From: Sulfuricella sp.
GTDB taxonomy: Bacteria; Pseudomonadota; Gammaproteobacteria; Burkholderiales; Sulfuricellaceae
Length of the DNA stretch: 64,000 bases
Direction of reading: 5' to 3'
NCBI GenBank assembly: GCA_035530375.1
Contig: DATKUY010000038.1
Coordinates: 34,229 to 98,228 of the forward strand
The stretch's first letter is position 1, and each line of letters begins with the position of its first letter. The notes under the pieces are model-generated. The model ran no database searches. It saw only the letters and a program-made list of their open reading frames with translations, and was not told the origin of the DNA. Made by a program: the position numbers and the translations under genes. Positions 44,847 through 54,241 of this stretch are shown here, piece by piece.

Positions 44847-45362
44847 TTATTCGCCCTGGTAAACGATATCGGCGCGACGATTTTCCTTCCAGCAGGATTC
44901 GTCATGGCAAGTAGCGCGGGGTTTTTCCTCGCCAAAGCTGACAGTCTCAATCTGGCTGTCCGGCACGCCCAGCACGTTCATCATTTTCCTGACGCTGTCG
45001 GCACGACGATTGCCGAGGGCAAGGTTGTACTCGCGGCTGCCGCGTTCATCGCAATTGCCCTGCACGGCCACCTTGGCATCCTTGTGACCGGTCAGGTACT
45101 TGGAATGCGCTTCAACCAGCGGCTTGTACTCGTTTTTTACATCGTACTTGTCGAAATCATAAAAAACGCTGCGCTTGGAAAGAATGTTGTTGGGGTCTTT
45201 CAAAGGATTGGCTTCAACCGCTTTCTGCTCCGACGGCGCGGTCTGGGCGGTCTGAGACGCGGATTTGTCCTCAACCCCGGCCTTGGGTTGCTCTTTCACA
45301 TCCTGCCCTGCGCAACCGGCCAACAGGCTGACTAACAAAGTACCGAGCAATATTTTATTCAA
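44847..45362 (-). CDS. pal: Peptidoglycan-associated lipoprotein Pal
   Basis: 171 aa. Lipobox LLAGCAG. OmpA-like domain (NLALGNRRADSV). Confidence 0.95.
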   Translation of the reverse strand: MNKILLGTLLVSLLAGCAGQDVKEQPKAGVEDKSASQTAQTAPSEQKAVEANPLKDPNNILSKRSVFYDFDKYDVKNEYKPLVEAHSKYLTGHKDAKVAVQGNCDERGSREYNLALGNRRADSVRKMMNVLGVPDSQIETVSFGEEKPRATCHDESCWKENRRADIVYQGE

Positions 45363-45394
45363 TTTCTCTTCTCCTCATTGGAATTACAGTTAAA

Positions 45395-46699
45395 TTACTG
45401 ATCCTTCGACAACGGCCCCCATTCGGGCTCGCGCACATCGCCAAACCGGGTGGACAGCCGCTGCTTTACCCGGCCATCGCTCGAAACAGCGGCCAATATT
45501 CCGCGCCCACCAATTTCTGTTGCATAGAGTAACATTTTACCGTTGGGCGCGAAACTGGGGGATTCATCCATGTGCGTATCGGTCAGCACTTGCATCTGGC
45601 CAGACGCCAGATCCTGCAGCGCGACATTGAAGGAAGATCCGTTAATACGCTGGATGAATGTGAAACTTTTTCCATCCGGGCTGAAATGCGGGGAGACGTT
45701 GTAATCACCCTCGAAAGTCAGGCGCTGCGCGCCATTGCCACTGACGGCCATGCGGTATATCTGCGGACTGCCGCCGCGATCGGAGGTGAAAATGATTGAC
45801 ATGCCATCCGGCGAAAAGCTGGGTTCAGTATCGATGGAAGAACTATAGCTCAAGCGCTTCAGCCCGCTGCCATCGGCATTGACCAGATAAATCTGCGAAC
45901 TGCCGTCCCTGGTCAGCACAATGGCGAGCTGCTTGCCGTCCGGCGACCAGGCCGGCGCGCTGTTGTTGCCTTTGAACTGGGCCAGCACCTGGCGCCGGCT
46001 GCTGGCAAGAGACTGGATATAAATGATCGGTTTTTTGCGCTCGAACGACACATAGGCCAGTTTGGTGCCGTCTGGCGACCAGGACGGGGAAATGATCGGC
46101 TCGTTTGACGCCAGCACGGTCTGGGCGCCGTAGCCATCCGCATCCGCCACCTGCAGTTCGTAGCGTTTGCCACTCTTGACGATGTAAGCGATGCGGGTGC
46201 CGAATACGCCGACATCGCCGGTCAATTTTTCGTAAATCAGGTCGGCGATCTTGTGCGCCGTGGCGCGCAACTGGGCGGCATCGATAATGTAACTATAGCC
46301 GGCAAGCTGCACCTGCTTGACCGCGTCGAGCAGGCGAAAGCGCACTTCCAGCTTGCCATCCGGGCGTTGCAAAATACTGCCGATCGCCAGCGCCTCGGCG
46401 CTACGCGCGCGCCAATCCTGGTAATTCACCTCGGCCGGCTCATGCGGTTCGGGCGTTATCCCGACGGAATCGACAATTTTGAACAGGCCGCAACGCTGCA
46501 AATCAGCCGCGACTACGCTAGTAATCGCCTGCGGCAACAGGCTTTCGCCGGCAAACGGCACGACCGCAACCGGAACCTGATTGGCACCGCTGCCAACGAT
46601 CTCGATGGTCAGCGCTGCATTTGCGCTTCCCGATGCCGCCAGCAACACGGCAACAAAAAAATGCCCAAAATTCATTATCCGATTTATTGCCATTCTCAT
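45395..46699 (-). CDS. tolB: Tol-Pal system beta-propeller protein TolB
   Basis: 434 aa. Repeated PxWSPDG and FSPDG blades. Confidence 0.95.
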   Translation of the reverse strand: MRMAINRIMNFGHFFVAVLLAASGSANAALTIEIVGSGANQVPVAVVPFAGESLLPQAITSVVAADLQRCGLFKIVDSVGITPEPHEPAEVNYQDWRARSAEALAIGSILQRPDGKLEVRFRLLDAVKQVQLAGYSYIIDAAQLRATAHKIADLIYEKLTGDVGVFGTRIAYIVKSGKRYELQVADADGYGAQTVLASNEPIISPSWSPDGTKLAYVSFERKKPIIYIQSLASSRRQVLAQFKGNNSAPAWSPDGKQLAIVLTRDGSSQIYLVNADGSGLKRLSYSSSIDTEPSFSPDGMSIIFTSDRGGSPQIYRMAVSGNGAQRLTFEGDYNVSPHFSPDGKSFTFIQRINGSSFNVALQDLASGQMQVLTDTHMDESPSFAPNGKMLLYATEIGGRGILAAVSSDGRVKQRLSTRFGDVREPEWGPLSKDQ

Positions 46700-46739
46700 T
46701 TAAAAAATTCCATCCCTCAAAAACGGCTTGGGCCGCTTC

Positions 46740-47543
46740 TCAGTCATTAGGTTGAAGTTCCAGATGAAGTTCCCTGAACTCCCCAAAAAGACCTGATTCT
46801 GCCGGCGGCAAGGGCAACGGCTGCGCCAGCAAAATCGCCTTCTCGATGGCCTGGTCGCACATGACGTTGCCGCTCGGCTTCCTGAGCCTTGGTTCCATCA
46901 GCAATTGGCCCGTGGGCATTAACGTAATATCAAACTCCACTTTTGGATTATTCAACTGCTGGCAAGTCTGATTATTGATAAACCGCTTAACCTTGTCGCT
47001 AATTTTCCGCCTGTAGCCATCTACTTCACGCTGCCTGGCCGATGCCTGTTGCCTGGCGATAGCCTGTGCCGCTTCCTGCTGCTGGCGCATCGCCTCGCGC
47101 TGCTGCTCCTGCACGAGCCGCTCCTGCTTCAGCTTTTCCTGCTGCTGGCGCTTCAGCTCGGCCTGCTCGCGTTTCTCCGCTTCGGCTTTCTTCTGTTCCT
47201 CGAGTTTTTTCAGCTCTTCCTTGCGCTTCTTTTCCTTTTCTTTCGCCTTGAGCTCGATGTCGACCTTGGGCGGTTTGGGCTGCTCCACCTTGGGCTCCGG
47301 TTTCGGTTGCGGTTTCGGCTCCGGCACTGCTTTCGGTTGCGGTTTCGGCTCCGACTCGCGTTTTGGCGCCACCTTTTGCGCCGGCGCGGGCAGGCTGGAC
47401 CACAACTCCGCCATCACCGGCCCGGCTTCCCTGCTCTGCCAACTGACTCCGAACACCAGCACCGCAATAAAAATCAGGTGCACCAGAACAGCCAGAACAA
47501 TCGCCCACTTCCTGCCCGGTTCCTTGCGATCTGTCGGCGGCAT
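46740..47543 (-). CDS. tolA: Tol-Pal system protein TolA
   Basis: 267 aa. N-terminal TM helix. Pro/Lys/Glu-rich linker (PKPQPK, KEKEKKRKEE). TonB/TolA C-terminal domain. Confidence 0.85.
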   Translation of the reverse strand: MPPTDRKEPGRKWAIVLAVLVHLIFIAVLVFGVSWQSREAGPVMAELWSSLPAPAQKVAPKRESEPKPQPKAVPEPKPQPKPEPKVEQPKPPKVDIELKAKEKEKKRKEELKKLEEQKKAEAEKREQAELKRQQQEKLKQERLVQEQQREAMRQQQEAAQAIARQQASARQREVDGYRRKISDKVKRFINNQTCQQLNNPKVEFDITLMPTGQLLMEPRLRKPSGNVMCDQAIEKAILLAQPLPLPPAESGLFGEFRELHLELQPND

Positions 47544-47962
47544 TATCCAGCCCGGGGCTTCGCCAGCAGCCCGACTTTCTTCACATGGTTGCTTTGCAGC
47601 TTGTCCATCACGTTCAGCACCGCCTCATAGCGCACGTTTTTGTCCGCCGAGATCACCACGGCCTGCTCGGGGTTACGCTGTTGCTGTTCCCTGACCGCGT
47701 CGACCAGCTCGTCCAGGGTAACTTTGCGCTCCGCGCCGGATTTCTCGCGGTCGCGCAAATGCAGGCTGTTGTCCGTGCGAATCTCCACCTCCAGCGGCGC
47801 CACCGGGGGCTTGAGCGATTGCCCCACAGAAGGCAACTCGATCTGCCCCGGATTGATCAGCGGTGCAGTCACCATAAAAATAATCAGCAACACCAGCATC
47901 ACGTCGATATAAGGCACGACGTTGATCTGGTTCATGAAGCGGCGGGGGCGACGATTCATCAA
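47543..47962 (-). CDS. tolR: Tol-Pal system protein TolR (ExbD family)
   Basis: 139 aa: INVVPYIDVMLVLLIIFMV. Confidence 0.92.
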   Translation of the reverse strand: MMNRRPRRFMNQINVVPYIDVMLVLLIIFMVTAPLINPGQIELPSVGQSLKPPVAPLEVEIRTDNSLHLRDREKSGAERKVTLDELVDAVREQQQRNPEQAVVISADKNVRYEAVLNVMDKLQSNHVKKVGLLAKPRAG

Positions 47963-48639
47963 GTATTCGTCTGCCTTTGCAGGATATTGGAAAATTCCTC
48001 CATGAAGCTGTCGAAGCGGGTCGCCAGCCGATCCACGTCATGGGAAAAATGATTGTAGGCGAGCACCGCCGGAATCGCCGCGAACAAGCCCATCGCCGTG
48101 GCAATCAGCGCTTCGGCGATGCCCGGCGCGACATGCGCCAGGGTCGCCTGCACTACGTTGGAGAGGCTGCGGAACGCGTTCATGATGCCCCACACCGTGC
48201 CGAACAGGCCGATGTAGGGGCTGACCGACCCGACCGAGGCGAGGAAAGCCAGATGCTGCTCGAGTGCGTCCAGCTCGCGCTGGCAGGCCGCGCGCATGGC
48301 GCGGCGGGTACCCTCCATGATGACCGCGACATCCATCCGCCCCTGCCGCTTGAGCTTGAGAAATTCCCTGAAACCGGCCTCGAAAATCTTTTCCATCCCC
48401 ACCGCCTGCGTCCGGCCTGAACTGACACGCTGGTACAGGTTGCTGAGATCGGCGCCGCTCCAGAACTCATCCTCGAACCTGTCCGCCTCGCGCACCGCAG
48501 CGCGGATGGAAAACATCTTGCCGAAAATAAAATACCAGGACAGCCCCGAGGCCATCAGCAGGATCAGCAGGACCAATTGTACCAGCACGCTGGCGTGTGT
48601 GATCAGGCTCAAAAAAGACAGGTCTTGCGTAACGTTCAC
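47959..48639 (-). CDS. tolQ: Tol-Pal system protein TolQ (MotA/ExbB family)
   Basis: 226 aa: SPYIGLFGTVWGIMNAF. Confidence 0.95.
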   Translation of the reverse strand: MNVTQDLSFLSLITHASVLVQLVLLILLMASGLSWYFIFGKMFSIRAAVREADRFEDEFWSGADLSNLYQRVSSGRTQAVGMEKIFEAGFREFLKLKRQGRMDVAVIMEGTRRAMRAACQRELDALEQHLAFLASVGSVSPYIGLFGTVWGIMNAFRSLSNVVQATLAHVAPGIAEALIATAMGLFAAIPAVLAYNHFSHDVDRLATRFDSFMEEFSNILQRQTNT

Positions 48640-49136
48640 GATATCCTTTCAAGTTTCTCTCTAACCGGGGCGGGAATCTGTACTGGTTTGAAGGTTTGCC
48701 CGTTGACACAAACGATCTTGACCCGCGCCTTCACCAGCACCTCGCGACACAGCCCCCCGTCTGGGCGCTCCACCGTTTGATCCAGCTCGATCCAGCTGCG
48801 GCCTGCTTCGTGGAGGCGCACGCTTACCGTCAGCAGATCGTTGAACAGCGCGGGGCGAAGATACTCTATCTGCACAGATCGCACCACGAAAATCACTAAA
48901 TGGTCACGCAGCAACTCCGGCTGCTCGAAACCCTGTGCGCGCAGCCACTCGGTGCGCGCGCGCTCCATGAACTTGAGGTAGTTGGTGTAATACACCACGC
49001 CACCGGCATCCGTATCTTCATAATAAACACGCACCGGCCAAGCGAACGTCTCGGCTTCAGACTGCGTCGATCCAGCGTGCTCACCCATTCCGGCCCCAGC
49101 AAGACCGGAATGCAGGATAGAGAGGAATCCTGACAC
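48636..49136 (-). CDS. ybgC: Tol-Pal-associated acyl-CoA thioesterase YbgC (4HBT fold)
   Basis: FAWPVRVYYEDTDAGGVVYYTNYLKFMERARTEWLR. The start is uncertain; an alternative Met at 49088 gives 150 aa. Confidence 0.85.
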   Translation of the reverse strand: MSGFLSILHSGLAGAGMGEHAGSTQSEAETFAWPVRVYYEDTDAGGVVYYTNYLKFMERARTEWLRAQGFEQPELLRDHLVIFVVRSVQIEYLRPALFNDLLTVSVRLHEAGRSWIELDQTVERPDGGLCREVLVKARVKIVCVNGQTFKPVQIPAPVREKLERIS

Positions 49137-49154
49137 CCGCCTGACAACAACCGG

Positions 49155-50213
49155 TCACTGCGAGCCCTCCCACAAATCGCCTGACGACGACCTGGGCAGG
49201 GCAAGGCCGAAATGCAGGTAAGCCATTTGCGTCGCTACCCGCCCGCGCGGAGTGCGCATCAGATAGCCCTGCTGGATCAGGTAAGGCTCGAGTACGTCCT
49301 CGATGGTATCGCGCTCCTCTCCGATCGCCGCCGCCAGGTTTTCCACCCCGACCGGCCCGCCGCCGAATTTTTCCAGTACCGCCTGCAACAGCTTGCGGTC
49401 CATCATGTCGAGCCCGACCTTGTCCACATCGAGCATGATCAGCGCGGCATCCGCCACATCCCGCGTCACCCTGCCGTCCGCCTTGACCTCGGCATAATCG
49501 CGCACCCGGCGCAGCAGCCGGTTCGCGATGCGGGGCGTGCCGCGAGAGCGTTTCGCGAGTTCCGTAGCGCCGTCGTCGGAAAGCTCAACATCCATCAGCC
49601 CGGCCGAACGGGCCACGATCTGCTTCAATTCGCCGTGAGTGTAAAACTCCAGCCGCGCCACGATGCCGAAACGGTCACGCAGCGGGTTGGTCAGCATGCC
49701 GGCACGAGTAGTGGCGCCAACCAGCGTAAAGGGCGGCAGGTCCAGCTTCACCGAGCGCGCCGCCGGCCCTTCGCCGATCATGATGTCGAGCTGAAAATCT
49801 TCCAGCGCCGGGTAAAGGATTTCCTCGACGACCGGGGAAAGACGATGGATTTCGTCGATGAACAGGACATCGTTCGGCTCCAGGTTGGTGAGCAGCGCGG
49901 CAAGGTCACCGGGGCGCTCCAGCACCGGGCCGCTGGTCTGGCGCAGATTGACCCCCATTTCGCGGGCGATGATATGCGCCAGGGTGGTCTTGCCCAGCCC
50001 CGGCGGGCCGAACAGCAGCACATGATCGAGTGACTCGCTGCGACCGCGGGCCGCCCGGATGAATATCTCCAACTGTTCGCGCGCCTTCTCCTGTCCGACA
50101 TATTCCTCCAGCGACTTGGGGCGCAAGGCGCGCTCCGCGGCCTCTTCCCGGGATGAAATCGGCGCGGCGGAGATCAGGCGGCTGCCGGCTTTGAGATCGT
50201 CTGTTTCGATCAT
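49155..50213 (-). CDS. ruvB: Holliday junction helicase RuvB
   Basis: 352 aa. [18 protein letters not shown]. Confidence 0.97.
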   Translation of the reverse strand: MIETDDLKAGSRLISAAPISSREEAAERALRPKSLEEYVGQEKAREQLEIFIRAARGRSESLDHVLLFGPPGLGKTTLAHIIAREMGVNLRQTSGPVLERPGDLAALLTNLEPNDVLFIDEIHRLSPVVEEILYPALEDFQLDIMIGEGPAARSVKLDLPPFTLVGATTRAGMLTNPLRDRFGIVARLEFYTHGELKQIVARSAGLMDVELSDDGATELAKRSRGTPRIANRLLRRVRDYAEVKADGRVTRDVADAALIMLDVDKVGLDMMDRKLLQAVLEKFGGGPVGVENLAAAIGEERDTIEDVLEPYLIQQGYLMRTPRGRVATQMAYLHFGLALPRSSSGDLWEGSQ

Positions 50214-50800
50214 GCTTTGGAGGATAACAATTTAAGGGCCTGGCGGATGCTGTCGGAAACATTCAGGTCGCCGGGCAGTTGCTTGATCGCCCAGCCCGCT
50301 TCGCGCTCATTGTAGCCCAACGCCAGCAGTGCCTCCAGGACGTCGTTGCGCGCATCCCGCGCGTGCCCGGCCCCGGATGACAGCAAGGCCGCCGCCGCGC
50401 CCGGCAGCTTGTCGCGCAATTCCAGCAGCAGGCGCTCGGCGGTCTTCTTGCCGATGCCCGGAATCCTGGTCAGCCGGCCCACTTCCTGGGCAGCGACCAC
50501 CTGGGACAATTCGGCGACCGACATACCGCTGAGGATAGTCAGCGCCAGCTTCGGCCCGACCCCGCTGATCTTGAGCAACTGCCTGAAAGCGGCGCGTTCA
50601 TCCAGGGTGGCGAAACCGTAAAGCTGGTGCGCATCCTCGCGCACGATCAGTTGGGTATGCAACGCGATTTTCTCGCCGAGGGCGGGAAGGTTATAGAAAG
50701 TGCTCATCGGCACGTCGATCTCGTAACCGACGCCGCCGACATCCACCAACACCAGCGGGGGATGCTTTTCGAGAAGAGTGCCGCTGATTCTGCCTATCAT
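50210..50800 (-). CDS. ruvA: Holliday junction DNA-binding protein RuvA
   Basis: 196 aa. [12 protein letters not shown]... and the HhH motifs ISGVGPKLA and [12 protein letters not shown]. Confidence 0.95.
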   Translation of the reverse strand: MIGRISGTLLEKHPPLVLVDVGGVGYEIDVPMSTFYNLPALGEKIALHTQLIVREDAHQLYGFATLDERAAFRQLLKISGVGPKLALTILSGMSVAELSQVVAAQEVGRLTRIPGIGKKTAERLLLELRDKLPGAAAALLSSGAGHARDARNDVLEALLALGYNEREAGWAIKQLPGDLNVSDSIRQALKLLSSKA

Positions 50801-50823
50801 TCAGATCTGCCTATCCGGATCAT

Positions 50824-50906
50824 GGGTAATGAGAGATGGGTAAGGGGTAATGGGAGAAACCCCGCGTGCCACCGTTTTTTATCACTCATCGCTCATCGCC
50901 CATTAC
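50824..50906. repeat. REP-like element built from inverted arrays of a GGTRATG-type heptamer (copy 1)
   Basis: GGGTAATGAGAGATGGGTAAGGGGTAATGGG ... ATCACTCATCGCTCATCGCCCATTAC, located between ruvC and ruvA. Confidence 0.6.
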
Positions 50907-50908
50907 TG

Positions 50909-51430
50909 TCATTTCACGAGCCTTCCATTTTTCATCCGGAATCCGGCGGTTGCCAGCTTGCCCAGTCCCTGCCCACCATGAGCGTGACAGATGGCGCAGG
51001 CCAGCGCATCCGCCGCATCCGCCTGGGGGTCGCCCTCGAGATGCAGCAAGCGTTTGACCATCTCCTGCACCTGTTCCTTGGCGGCCTTGCCATGCCCGAC
51101 CACCGCCTGCTTCACCTGCAGAGCGGTGTATTCAGCCACCGGCAAATCCCTCAGGATCGCCGCGCAAATCGCTGCGCCGCGTGCCTGCCCAAGCAATAAC
51201 GTGGACTGCGGGTTGACGTTGACGAATACTTTCTCCACCGCCACCTGCTCCGGGCTGTAGGTAGCGATCACTTCCGCCAGCCCTTCGACAATCACTTTCA
51301 GCCGCTGCGGCAATTCGCCGCTCGGCGTACGGATGCAGCCGCTGGCGACATAGGCCAGTTGCTGGCCGGTTTTTTCAATCAAGCCGAACCCGGTCACGCG
51401 CAAGCCGGGATCTATGCCGAGGATGCGGAT
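50909..51430 (-). CDS. ruvC: Holliday junction resolvase RuvC (non-canonical start inferred)
   Basis: The track ORF begins at TTG 51403 (LRVTGFG...). The in-frame upstream codons read I-R-I-L-G-I-D-P-G, the conserved RuvC N-terminus including the catalytic Asp. ATC 51428-51430 lies 5 nt after GAGGAA. Confidence 0.8.
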   Translation of the reverse strand: MRILGIDPGLRVTGFGLIEKTGQQLAYVASGCIRTPSGELPQRLKVIVEGLAEVIATYSPEQVAVEKVFVNVNPQSTLLLGQARGAAICAAILRDLPVAEYTALQVKQAVVGHGKAAKEQVQEMVKRLLHLEGDPQADAADALACAICHAHGGQGLGKLATAGFRMKNGRLVK

Positions 51431-51432
51431 CT

Positions 51433-52161
51433 CTATTCCTCGTCCATGACGGCGGTGGTGTAAACCTCCTGCACGTCATCGAGGCTCTCCAGGGCGTCGA
51501 TCAACTTGTGCATTTTCGTTGCATCGTCGCCGGTGAGTTCGGTTTCGTTGGCCGGTTTCATGGTCACTTCGCCGAGCTCCGGCTGAAACCCGGCCTTGGT
51601 CAGCGCTTCCTTGACGGCGGCGAACCCATATGGATCGGTGGTCACCTCGATGCTACCGTCGTCGTTCGTCACCACGTCCTCCGCACCGGCTTCCAGAGCC
51701 GCTTCCATCAGCTTGTCCTCGTCCGTGCCGGGGGCGAACAGCATCTGCCCGCAATGCTTGAACAGGAACGCGACCGAGCCGTCGGTGCCGAGGTTGCCGC
51801 CATGCTTGGCGAAAGCATGACGCACGTCGGCCACGGTGCGGGTCTTGTTGTCGGTCAGGCAATCTACCATCACCGCCACGCCAGCCGGTCCGTAGCCCTC
51901 GTAGCGCAACTCCTCGTAATTCACGCCCTCGAGGTCGCCGGTGCCGCGCTTGATCGCACGCTCGACGTTATCCTTCGGCATATTGTTTTCAAACGCCTTG
52001 TCCACCGCCAGACGCAGGCGCGGATTGCACGATATATCGCCGCCGCCCATCTTGGCGGCTACGGTTATCTCCTTGATCAGACGAGTGAAAATCTTGCCGC
52101 GCTTGGCGTCCGTTGCGGCTTTCTTGTGCTTGATGTTAGCCCACTTGCTATGACCTGCCAT
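51433..52161 (-). CDS. yebC: YebC/PmpR-family transcriptional regulator
   Basis: 242 aa: [28 protein letters not shown]. Confidence 0.93.
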   Translation of the reverse strand: MAGHSKWANIKHKKAATDAKRGKIFTRLIKEITVAAKMGGGDISCNPRLRLAVDKAFENNMPKDNVERAIKRGTGDLEGVNYEELRYEGYGPAGVAVMVDCLTDNKTRTVADVRHAFAKHGGNLGTDGSVAFLFKHCGQMLFAPGTDEDKLMEAALEAGAEDVVTNDDGSIEVTTDPYGFAAVKEALTKAGFQPELGEVTMKPANETELTGDDATKMHKLIDALESLDDVQEVYTTAVMDEE

Positions 52162-52225
52162 AACTTCCTCGGTATTCTTTGCAAAAGCTTGATATTAGCA
52201 TTTCACCCCTCTCAGATAAAGGCGC

Positions 52226-53392
52226 TCAGCTTTCCTCGTAGCGGCGCGCATAGCCGGCCATTCCCATCAGGATTCGCACCATGCCGTAGCTCGCCCATGC
52301 CAGAAACCGGCTGTAAAGCGGCTGCTGACGCCAACGGTCGGGAGCGACCTGCTGCGCGCCCTCGCCGATCGCCTGCAGCAAGCTCGCCCTGAGCGCAGCG
52401 GCAAACCCGGCGTCGAGCGCCACGACGTTGGCTTCCAGCGCCAGCATCAGGCTGAACGGATCGATGTTGGAAGAACCCACGGTAGCCCAGCGCCCGTCAA
52501 CAACCGCTACCTTGGCGTGCAGAAAACTCTTGTTGTAGCTGTAGATTTCGATGCCCGCATCCAGCAGCACGCCGTACAGGGCGCGCGAAGCATAATGCAG
52601 CAGAATGTACTCCACCCGCCCTTGCAGCAGCAGCACCACCCGCACTCCACGCTCTGCGGCCTGGATCAGCGCCTGCCGGAAGCGCCTGCCGGGCAGGAAA
52701 TAGGCGTTGGCGATGATGACCTCTTCCTTGGCCGAAGCGATGGCGTCAAGATAGGCGCTCTCGATGTCGCGCCGGTGGCGGAGATTGTCGCGTCTGACGA
52801 AGGCGGCCTCGATGCTGCCGCAAGGCGCCGGATGCAGGGGCCTGTTTTGTTTCCGACTGCGATAAAGGCGGATCTTCCGCCAAGCTGCCAGGGACCAGGT
52901 ACGCTTCACCGCCTGGAGAATCCCCGCCAGCAACGGCCCTTCGACAGCAACCGCATAGTCGAAACGCGGCGGAATCTGACCGGGCGTATCCATATCGTCG
53001 ATCACGTTGATGCCGCCGACGAACGCGATACGCGCATCGATCACCGCGATTTTGCGGTGCAATCGGCGCAGCCTGTGGCGTTTGAACCGCCAGGGAGAAA
53101 CTTCGCGGCGATAAAGCAGGAGCTGCACGCCCGCCGCACACAAGTCTTCGACAAAATACTCCGGCAGCGTTCTCGAACCAAAGCCGTCAAGCAGCAGGTG
53201 CACGGTCACGCCCCGACTGGCCGCCCGTTTCAACGCCTCGCCGATCAGTCTGCCGGTTTCGTCGTGCTCGTAAATATACGATTCCAGGAAAATTTCACGG
53301 TGCGCGCTGTCGATGGCGGCCCCCAGCGCCGGAAAATATTCAGCGCCGTTCTTGAGAAGGGTCAGGCGGTTGCCGGGGATCAGATCCATCAT
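52226..53392 (-). CDS. clsB: Phospholipase D-family cardiolipin synthase (ClsB-like)
   Basis: 388 aa. Two HKD motifs: LHRKIAVIDARIAFVGGIN and LHAKVAVVDGRWATVGSSN. Confidence 0.85.
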   Translation of the reverse strand: MMDLIPGNRLTLLKNGAEYFPALGAAIDSAHREIFLESYIYEHDETGRLIGEALKRAASRGVTVHLLLDGFGSRTLPEYFVEDLCAAGVQLLLYRREVSPWRFKRHRLRRLHRKIAVIDARIAFVGGINVIDDMDTPGQIPPRFDYAVAVEGPLLAGILQAVKRTWSLAAWRKIRLYRSRKQNRPLHPAPCGSIEAAFVRRDNLRHRRDIESAYLDAIASAKEEVIIANAYFLPGRRFRQALIQAAERGVRVVLLLQGRVEYILLHYASRALYGVLLDAGIEIYSYNKSFLHAKVAVVDGRWATVGSSNIDPFSLMLALEANVVALDAGFAAALRASLLQAIGEGAQQVAPDRWRQQPLYSRFLAWASYGMVRILMGMAGYARRYEES

Positions 53393-54141
53393 GCCCTATG
53401 GACGGTGGCAGACAATGCGGCGTGGTCGGAAATTTTCGACCACGGCCTGCCGCTATGCACTTCGGCGGCGGTCACGTGCAATCCCCGCACATAAATGCGG
53501 TCGAGCCGGAACATCGGCAGCGCCGCCGGGTAGCTGCAGGCGGGGCGGCCATTGGTCACCCCAAACGCCTCTTTCAGGTGCATCTGGCGGGCCAGCGTAT
53601 CGCATGCCTCGTTGCGCCAATCGTTGAAATCGCCGGCGATGATCAGCGGCGCGTGAGGCGGCACCAGCTTTTCGATCCTGTCGCGCAACGCCGACAACTG
53701 CATGCGGCGTCCGCGGGAAAACAGGCCGAAGTGGAGGCAGACGCAATGCAGGGTCTCGTCCCATCCCGGCATCCTCAATTCGCAGTGCAGCAAACCGCGC
53801 TGCTCGAAACGATGGGCGGACACATCGATATTTTCCCAACTGACAATCGGAAAACGGCTCAGGATCGCATTGCCGTGATGCCCTTCGGGATAAACGGCAT
53901 TCTTGCCGTAGGCGAAATCCTGCCAGATGGAATCGGCGAGGAACTCGTATTGGGATGTGACCGGCCAGTTCAGATGTTGCCTTGCGTGAAGATCGTGAGC
54001 GCCCACTACCTCCTGCAGGAACACGATATCGGCATGGATGCCGCGCAACTGGTCGCGCAGGTCGTGCAGCACCATGCGCTGGTTGAACTGGGAGAACCCC
54101 TTGTGGATGTTATAGGTGACGACCCGGATCGGATGTGTCAT
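53389..54141 (-). CDS. Endonuclease/exonuclease/phosphatase (EEP) family protein (YbhP-like)
   Basis: 250 aa. VVTYNIHKG, FLQEV, GDFNDW, SDHAAL. It overlaps clsB by 4 nt, in the same order as E. coli ybhP-clsB. Confidence 0.85.
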   Translation of the reverse strand: MTHPIRVVTYNIHKGFSQFNQRMVLHDLRDQLRGIHADIVFLQEVVGAHDLHARQHLNWPVTSQYEFLADSIWQDFAYGKNAVYPEGHHGNAILSRFPIVSWENIDVSAHRFEQRGLLHCELRMPGWDETLHCVCLHFGLFSRGRRMQLSALRDRIEKLVPPHAPLIIAGDFNDWRNEACDTLARQMHLKEAFGVTNGRPACSYPAALPMFRLDRIYVRGLHVTAAEVHSGRPWSKISDHAALSATVHRA

Positions 54142-54150
54142 TTTTTATTC

Positions 54151-54239
54151 GTAAGGGGTAATGAGTGATGGGTAATGGGTAACGCCAAAAACAAAGCCTC
54201 CTCCGGTTTCTCATCACCCATCACTCTTGACTCATCACT
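54151..54239. repeat. REP-like element built from inverted arrays of a GGTRATG-type heptamer (copy 2)
   Basis: GTAAGGGGTAATGAGTGATGGGTAATGGGTAA ... CTCATCACCCATCACTCTTGACTCATCAC, located between nadA and the EEP gene. Confidence 0.6.
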
Positions 54240-54241
54240 TT

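Noticed and set aside
47050-47350. Periodic repeats that might look like a tandem-repeat or CRISPR-like array
   Set aside because: They are the coding sequence of the Pro/Lys/Glu-rich TolA linker (PKPQPK, KEKEKK). Unit lengths are irregular and there are no spacers. The same applies to the Lys/Ala repeats in 42680-43342 and the Gly/Met repeats in 24180-24260.
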